Assembly (NCBI GenBank): GCA_040767085.1
Contig: JAXGPF010000014.1
Coordinates: 64,001-128,000, forward strand
Direction of reading: 5' to 3'
Length of the DNA stretch: 64,000 bases
Source: Kiritimatiellia bacterium
GTDB lineage: Bacteria; Verrucomicrobiota; Kiritimatiellia; JAAZAB01
Part shown: piece after piece, positions 60,203 to 64,000 of the stretch
Layout: each line of letters opens with the position of its first letter
Numbering within the stretch: the stretch's first letter is position 1
Made by a program: the position numbers and the translations under genes
The notes under the pieces: model-generated
What the model was told of the DNA's origin: nothing
What the model saw: the letters and a program-made list of their open reading frames with translations, nothing else
The model's database searches: none

Positions 60203-61387
60203 TTATGCGACGTCCTCCAGCGACGCCGAAATGTTCAACGGTCCTTGGTAGCGGCCAACCACATGCGGGCCATAACGGATGGACACCGTGCCATCGAGGT
60301 GCTCGCAGACTTTAACCCGGCACTTGGCGAAGCTGAAACGCCATTTTGATGGTCCAATCTGCAAGCGGCGACTCCCGACAGCCACGGTATTGTCATTTTG
60401 AACCTCTCGCGCATGCTGCACACAGAAAATGCTGTCCAAATCCTGCTCACCGCAAGGCACGAAACACGTTCCTGTTTCCCGCGCCTTCACCTTCATGTTG
60501 CGATTGAAGGAAGGCAGAAACTGTTGTTGAATATAGACGTTGGCCTCGGCCATCGTCCGGATTCCCGCCTGCCTTAATTCCTGCGGCAGGCGCCCTTGCC
60601 AGGTCTTAAACATCCGCTCTATTCGCCCACGTCCCTGGGGGCTATAGCTCGGAATATGTTCGATCCCCAACTGTTGCAACGCCCGTCCAATTTGCGTCAA
60701 TTGACGCCGGTCCACCGCCCCGCCTTCTTTGGGCGTATAAAAGAAATGACTGCCACGATCCGTGTACAGACTGCAGAAAACCCCATGTTTAATAATGACT
60801 TCTTTCAACCCCTTCATCACCGTTAATGTCCCTTCCTGGGGCACAAGATAGGCCGTGTAGACTTCGCTGGTGGCATCGTCCATCACCAGGATCAGATCCT
60901 GCTTCTGGCCCGCCAGCAGGGGCAACCAGGCATGGGTGCTGCCATCCACCATCAACATCATCCCCGCCATTGGTCGCCGTTCCCGCTGCTGCCGATGCGG
61001 CCCTCGTTTCCGGGCCTTCGCCACCAACCCGGCCGTCTGCAAGGCGCTCTTGACCCACTGATAACTGAGCTCGATCCCATGCTCCGCCTGCAGCTTCTCG
61101 TGAAAATGCCTCACATTGAAATCCATGTATTCTTCTCGGTACAACCTCAGCACCTGCTTCACCGTCGCAAGGGGCACGCGCCGCGGCCCCGGTATCTTCC
61201 GCCGACGATCCAGCAGCCCGTCGTAACCATACCGCTCGTAGCGCCCTTTCCAGCGCCGCATGGTCCGGTAGCTCACACCTAGTATCTCCGCCGCCTCCCA
61301 CCACATTAACCGCCCTTCAATCGCACGCAAGATCACTTCCTGTACCTTCATTGCCCGCTCCAGTGCTGCCTTCGGATATTCATCCAT
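60203..61387 (-). CDS. IS1202/ISNCY DDE transposase
   Basis: EAAEILGVS HTH, HFHEKL, HRQQRERR..G..LMVDGS.H.W, MDDATS, LYTDRGS, SPQGRGRIER..TWQGRL. Confidence 0.93.
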   Translation of the reverse strand: MDEYPKAALERAMKVQEVILRAIEGRLMWWEAAEILGVSYRTMRRWKGRYERYGYDGLLDRRRKIPGPRRVPLATVKQVLRLYREEYMDFNVRHFHEKLQAEHGIELSYQWVKSALQTAGLVAKARKRGPHRQQRERRPMAGMMLMVDGSTHAWLPLLAGQKQDLILVMDDATSEVYTAYLVPQEGTLTVMKGLKEVIIKHGVFCSLYTDRGSHFFYTPKEGGAVDRRQLTQIGRALQQLGIEHIPSYSPQGRGRIERMFKTWQGRLPQELRQAGIRTMAEANVYIQQQFLPSFNRNMKVKARETGTCFVPCGEQDLDSIFCVQHAREVQNDNTVAVGSRRLQIGPSKWRFSFAKCRVKVCEHLDGTVSIRYGPHVVGRYQGPLNISASLEDVA

Positions 61388-61485
61388 ATAACCCCCCTTT
61401 GAATGCACCATCCTGACAGCTTTAAGCGGACAAATCATTTGTTAATTATGCGGCCAAGTCATTTGTTTACGACATTAACCAGAAA

Positions 61486-61514
61486 TTGACTTGCCTGCCT
61501 GGCGGTGATATGTT
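61486..61514 (+). promoter_or_regulatory. sigma70-type promoter for the bEBP gene; its -35 overlaps the IS target duplication
   Basis: TTGACT-N17-TATGTT with an extended -10 TG. Confidence 0.6.
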
Positions 61515-61601
61515 ATGCGAAATATCGCGTTTGTATGGCGAATAGTCGCGTTGACGTTTTTTATCGCAGTTTGTTTTGGTTGGTTCGAAGGAGCGGTTAG
61601 T

Positions 61602-63155
61602 ATGGAAATTGATCGTGATGAATTTTTCCGCGAGGTGACCTTGCGGGTCAGCAGCAGCCTGGACATAGTGGAGGCGCTGCGGAATCTGTTGGATTATCTG
61701 CAGCAGTTTATTCCCGTGGATACCATCGGGCTGCATCGGATTGACATGGAGCGCCGGAGCATTTTTGCCGTCGCGGAAGTGGCGCGCAGCGGCGCCGCGA
61801 AGCTGGTGCAGGAGGATTTCCAGGAATTTCCGATAGATGCGGAGTTCCAGGCGTTGATCCAGCATGCGCGTGAAAGCAATCAACTGGTCACCATCAATAA
61901 TAACGCCGAAACATTGCCGGCCTCGGTGCGGAATTGTTTTCCTCATTTGATTACGCGTTCGGTGATCGGGTTGCATTTAAGCATCAAGGATGAGAATATC
62001 GGCGGCTTGGTGCTTTCCTCTGAAGGCCGCAACCGGTACACCGACCGGCATGCCGTTCTGCTGGGGCAGGTCAAGGAGCCGATTTCGCTGGCCATGAGCA
62101 ATGCCTGGCGGTTTCGGGAGTTGGAGCGGCTCCGGGACCAGTTGGCTGAGGAAAACCGCGCGCTATCCCTGGAAATGGAGCGCGCGGCCGGGGTGCAGGT
62201 GGTAGGCGTCGATTTCGGCCTGGCGCAGGTGATGGAAATGGCGCGGCGGGTGGCGCCCATGACCAGCCCGGTGCTGCTGCTGGGCGAAACGGGCACAGGC
62301 AAGGAAGTCATCGCCAATATCATCCATCTGTTATCGCCGCGCAACCAGGCGCCGATGGTCCGGGTGCAATGCGGGGCCATACCGGAAACGCTGCTGGACA
62401 GCGAACTTTTCGGCCATGACAAGGGCGCTTTTACCGGAGCCATCGAGCGCAAGCGGGGCCGTTTTGAGCGCGCGGCTGGCGGCACGATTTTCCTGGATGA
62501 AATCGGCGAGTTATCGGCCGAAGCGCAAGTCAAAATGCTGCGCGTATTGCAGGACCATCAATTCGAACGCGTCGGCGGCACGGAAACCCTGACTGCCGAC
62601 GTCCGGGTGATCGCCGCGACGCACCGCGACCTGGCGCAGATGGTCCGGGCCGGACGGTTCCGCGAGGATTTGTGGTACCGGCTGAACGTCTTCCCCATTC
62701 AAATTCCGCCGCTGCGCATGCGCCGCCAGGACATTCCCCCGCTGATCCATCATTTCGTGAAGCGCAAGGCCCGCGAAATGAATCTGGACCGCACGCCGCC
62801 GGTCGCCCCCGCGGATATTGCGCGGCTGCAGGCCTATGAATGGCCGGGCAATGTGCGCGAGCTGCAGAACATCATCGAGCGGGCCATTATTCAAAACCGG
62901 GGCGGACCGTTGTTTTTCCCGCCGCTGGGCGCGCCCCTGGCGCCGCCGCCGGCGGGCGTGGCGGCGCCGGCGCCGGACCAGTTGCTGACGTTGGATGCCG
63001 TGGCGGCGGAACACATCCGGCGGACGCTGGCCGCCGCCGGCGGGCGCGTCGCAGGACGGGGCGGGGCGGCGGAAATGTTGGGTATTAATCCCAGCACTTT
63101 GCGGTCGCGGATGAAAAAGCTCGGCATCCGTATTGCGCGCGCCTGCTCTCCCTGA
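61602..63155 (+). CDS. sigma54-dependent activator (GAF + AAA+ + Fis-type HTH, FhlA-like)
   Basis: GETGTGKE, SELFGHDKGAFTGA, FLDEIGE, FREDLWYRLNV, WPGNVREL, GAAEMLGINPSTLRSRMKKLGI; AAGGAG RBS. Confidence 0.94.
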   Translation: MEIDRDEFFREVTLRVSSSLDIVEALRNLLDYLQQFIPVDTIGLHRIDMERRSIFAVAEVARSGAAKLVQEDFQEFPIDAEFQALIQHARESNQLVTINNNAETLPASVRNCFPHLITRSVIGLHLSIKDENIGGLVLSSEGRNRYTDRHAVLLGQVKEPISLAMSNAWRFRELERLRDQLAEENRALSLEMERAAGVQVVGVDFGLAQVMEMARRVAPMTSPVLLLGETGTGKEVIANIIHLLSPRNQAPMVRVQCGAIPETLLDSELFGHDKGAFTGAIERKRGRFERAAGGTIFLDEIGELSAEAQVKMLRVLQDHQFERVGGTETLTADVRVIAATHRDLAQMVRAGRFREDLWYRLNVFPIQIPPLRMRRQDIPPLIHHFVKRKAREMNLDRTPPVAPADIARLQAYEWPGNVRELQNIIERAIIQNRGGPLFFPPLGAPLAPPPAGVAAPAPDQLLTLDAVAAEHIRRTLAAAGGRVAGRGGAAEMLGINPSTLRSRMKKLGIRIARACSP

Positions 63156-63167
63156 TGCCGGCGCCGT

Positions 63168-64000
63168 TCAACTTTCCGGCCGCGCGTCCCGTTCCAGCAG
63201 ACTGCGGACGGCTTCCCGGGGCGTGGTTTGCCCGTGGATCAGGGCATGGACTTCGTCAATGATCGGTGTGCGGACGCGGTGTTCCCTTCCCAGCCGGCGG
63301 GCCGTGGCGCAGGTTGTAACGCCCTCGGCCACCTGGGCCATGCCGCCGGTGATCTGCTGGATGGTTTCGCCTTTGCCCAGGCGTTCGCCCACCGTCCGGT
63401 TGCGGCTCAGGCGGCTGGTGCAGGTGACGATCAGGTCGCCCATGCCGCTCAACCCCGCAAATGTTTCCCGGCGCGCGCCCAGGGCGCAGCCCAGCCGGGT
63501 CATTTCCACCAGGCCGCGGGTAATCAGGGCCGCGCGGGTGTTATCGCCGAATCCCAGGCCATCGCCGGCGCCCACCGCCAGGGCGATGACGTTCTTCAGC
63601 GCGCCGCCCAATTCCACGCCGATGATGTCGCTGGAAGTATAAATCCGGAACCGCGGCCCCATGAAGACCTTTTGCAGCCTCCGGGCCAGCGGGTCCGGGC
63701 CGGCGATCACCGCGGCCGTGGGCATTTGCCGCGCCACTTCGTCCGCCAGGCTGGGGCCGGACAAGGCTGCCAGGGGGTGGTTCGGGAAAAATTCCGCGGC
63801 CAGCTCGGTCAGGCGCCGTCCGGTTTCGGCGTCCAGTCCCTTGCTGACGCTCAGCAAGGGGCAATCATCGGGCAAGCGTCCGCGGAAGCGGTCGAAGACG
63901 GCGCGGCAGAATTTAGACGGCACCGCCAGCACGATCAGGTCGGCATCCGCAGCCGCGGCATCGATGTCAGAGGTCCAGGCCAATTCCGGCGGCAGTTTAA
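63168..64000 (-). CDS. gpsA: NAD(P)H-dependent glycerol-3-phosphate dehydrogenase, 3' part (start beyond the window)
   Basis: LAVPS, SKGL, LSGPS.A, GVELGGALKNVIALA, LITRGL.E, GLSGMGDLIVTCTS..SRN, VAEGV. Confidence 0.95.
   Translation of the reverse strand, partial: KLPPELAWTSDIDAAAADADLIVLAVPSKFCRAVFDRFRGRLPDDCPLLSVSKGLDAETGRRLTELAAEFFPNHPLAALSGPSLADEVARQMPTAAVIAGPDPLARRLQKVFMGPRFRIYTSSDIIGVELGGALKNVIALAVGAGDGLGFGDNTRAALITRGLVEMTRLGCALGARRETFAGLSGMGDLIVTCTSRLSRNRTVGERLGKGETIQQITGGMAQVAEGVTTCATARRLGREHRVRTPIIDEVHALIHGQTTPREAVRSLLERDARPES

Larger units (their letters stand above)
60089..61474 (-). mobile_element. IS1202-family (ex-ISNCY) element, 1386 bp
   Basis: TGT...ACA ends with two internal TAACAA-N-GTCCG-type repeats per end; 16-bp target duplication TTAACCAGAAATTGAC at 60073-60088 and 61475-61490. 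Confidence 0.92.

Noticed and set aside
61496..61523. dif/xrs site beside the IS1202-family element (ATTTCGCATAA on the minus strand resembles a XerC arm)
   Set aside because: No XerD arm at 6-bp spacing, and the xrs-targeting subgroup makes short (5-6 bp) duplications rather than 16 bp.

Overview
High-GC bacterial window. The protein style suggests PVC superphylum, Kiritimatiellia/Lentisphaeria-like, but that is inference only. Left arm (1-16 kb) is housekeeping: rmlB, desulfoferrodoxin, split pntAA-pntAB-pntB transhydrogenase, a TIM-barrel sugar isomerase, a DegT-uppS-cdsA-dxr-rseP-ispG operon, and a hybrid sensor kinase whose receiver domain is cut off by a frameshifting deletion. The centre (about 16-52.8 kb) is a compositionally mosaic carbohydrate-utilisation island. 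It carries an SSS symporter, two AraC regulators, five large uncharacterised glycoside-hydrolase/CBM-like proteins, two beta-helix proteins with a shared C-terminal tail, two Gfo/Idh/MocA oxidoreductases, a GH3, two ceramidase-like amidohydrolases and an EEP phosphoesterase. Two island genes are interrupted by ISL3 elements with 8-bp target duplications. The right arm has an RND efflux operon behind a sigma54 promoter, led by a small unknown protein. An IS1202-family element (16-bp duplication) separates it from the divergent GAF-AAA+ activator gene, and gpsA ends the window. Best leads: a PntB lacking the canonical NADP(H) 2'-phosphate-binding KRS motif, the orphan-enzyme glycan island with a candidate C-terminal sorting signal, the sigma54/RND module, and a desulfoferrodoxin with rearranged cysteine spacing. 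No CRISPR, rRNA, tRNA or reverse transcriptase was seen. All assignments are from motif reading by eye; no searches were run.
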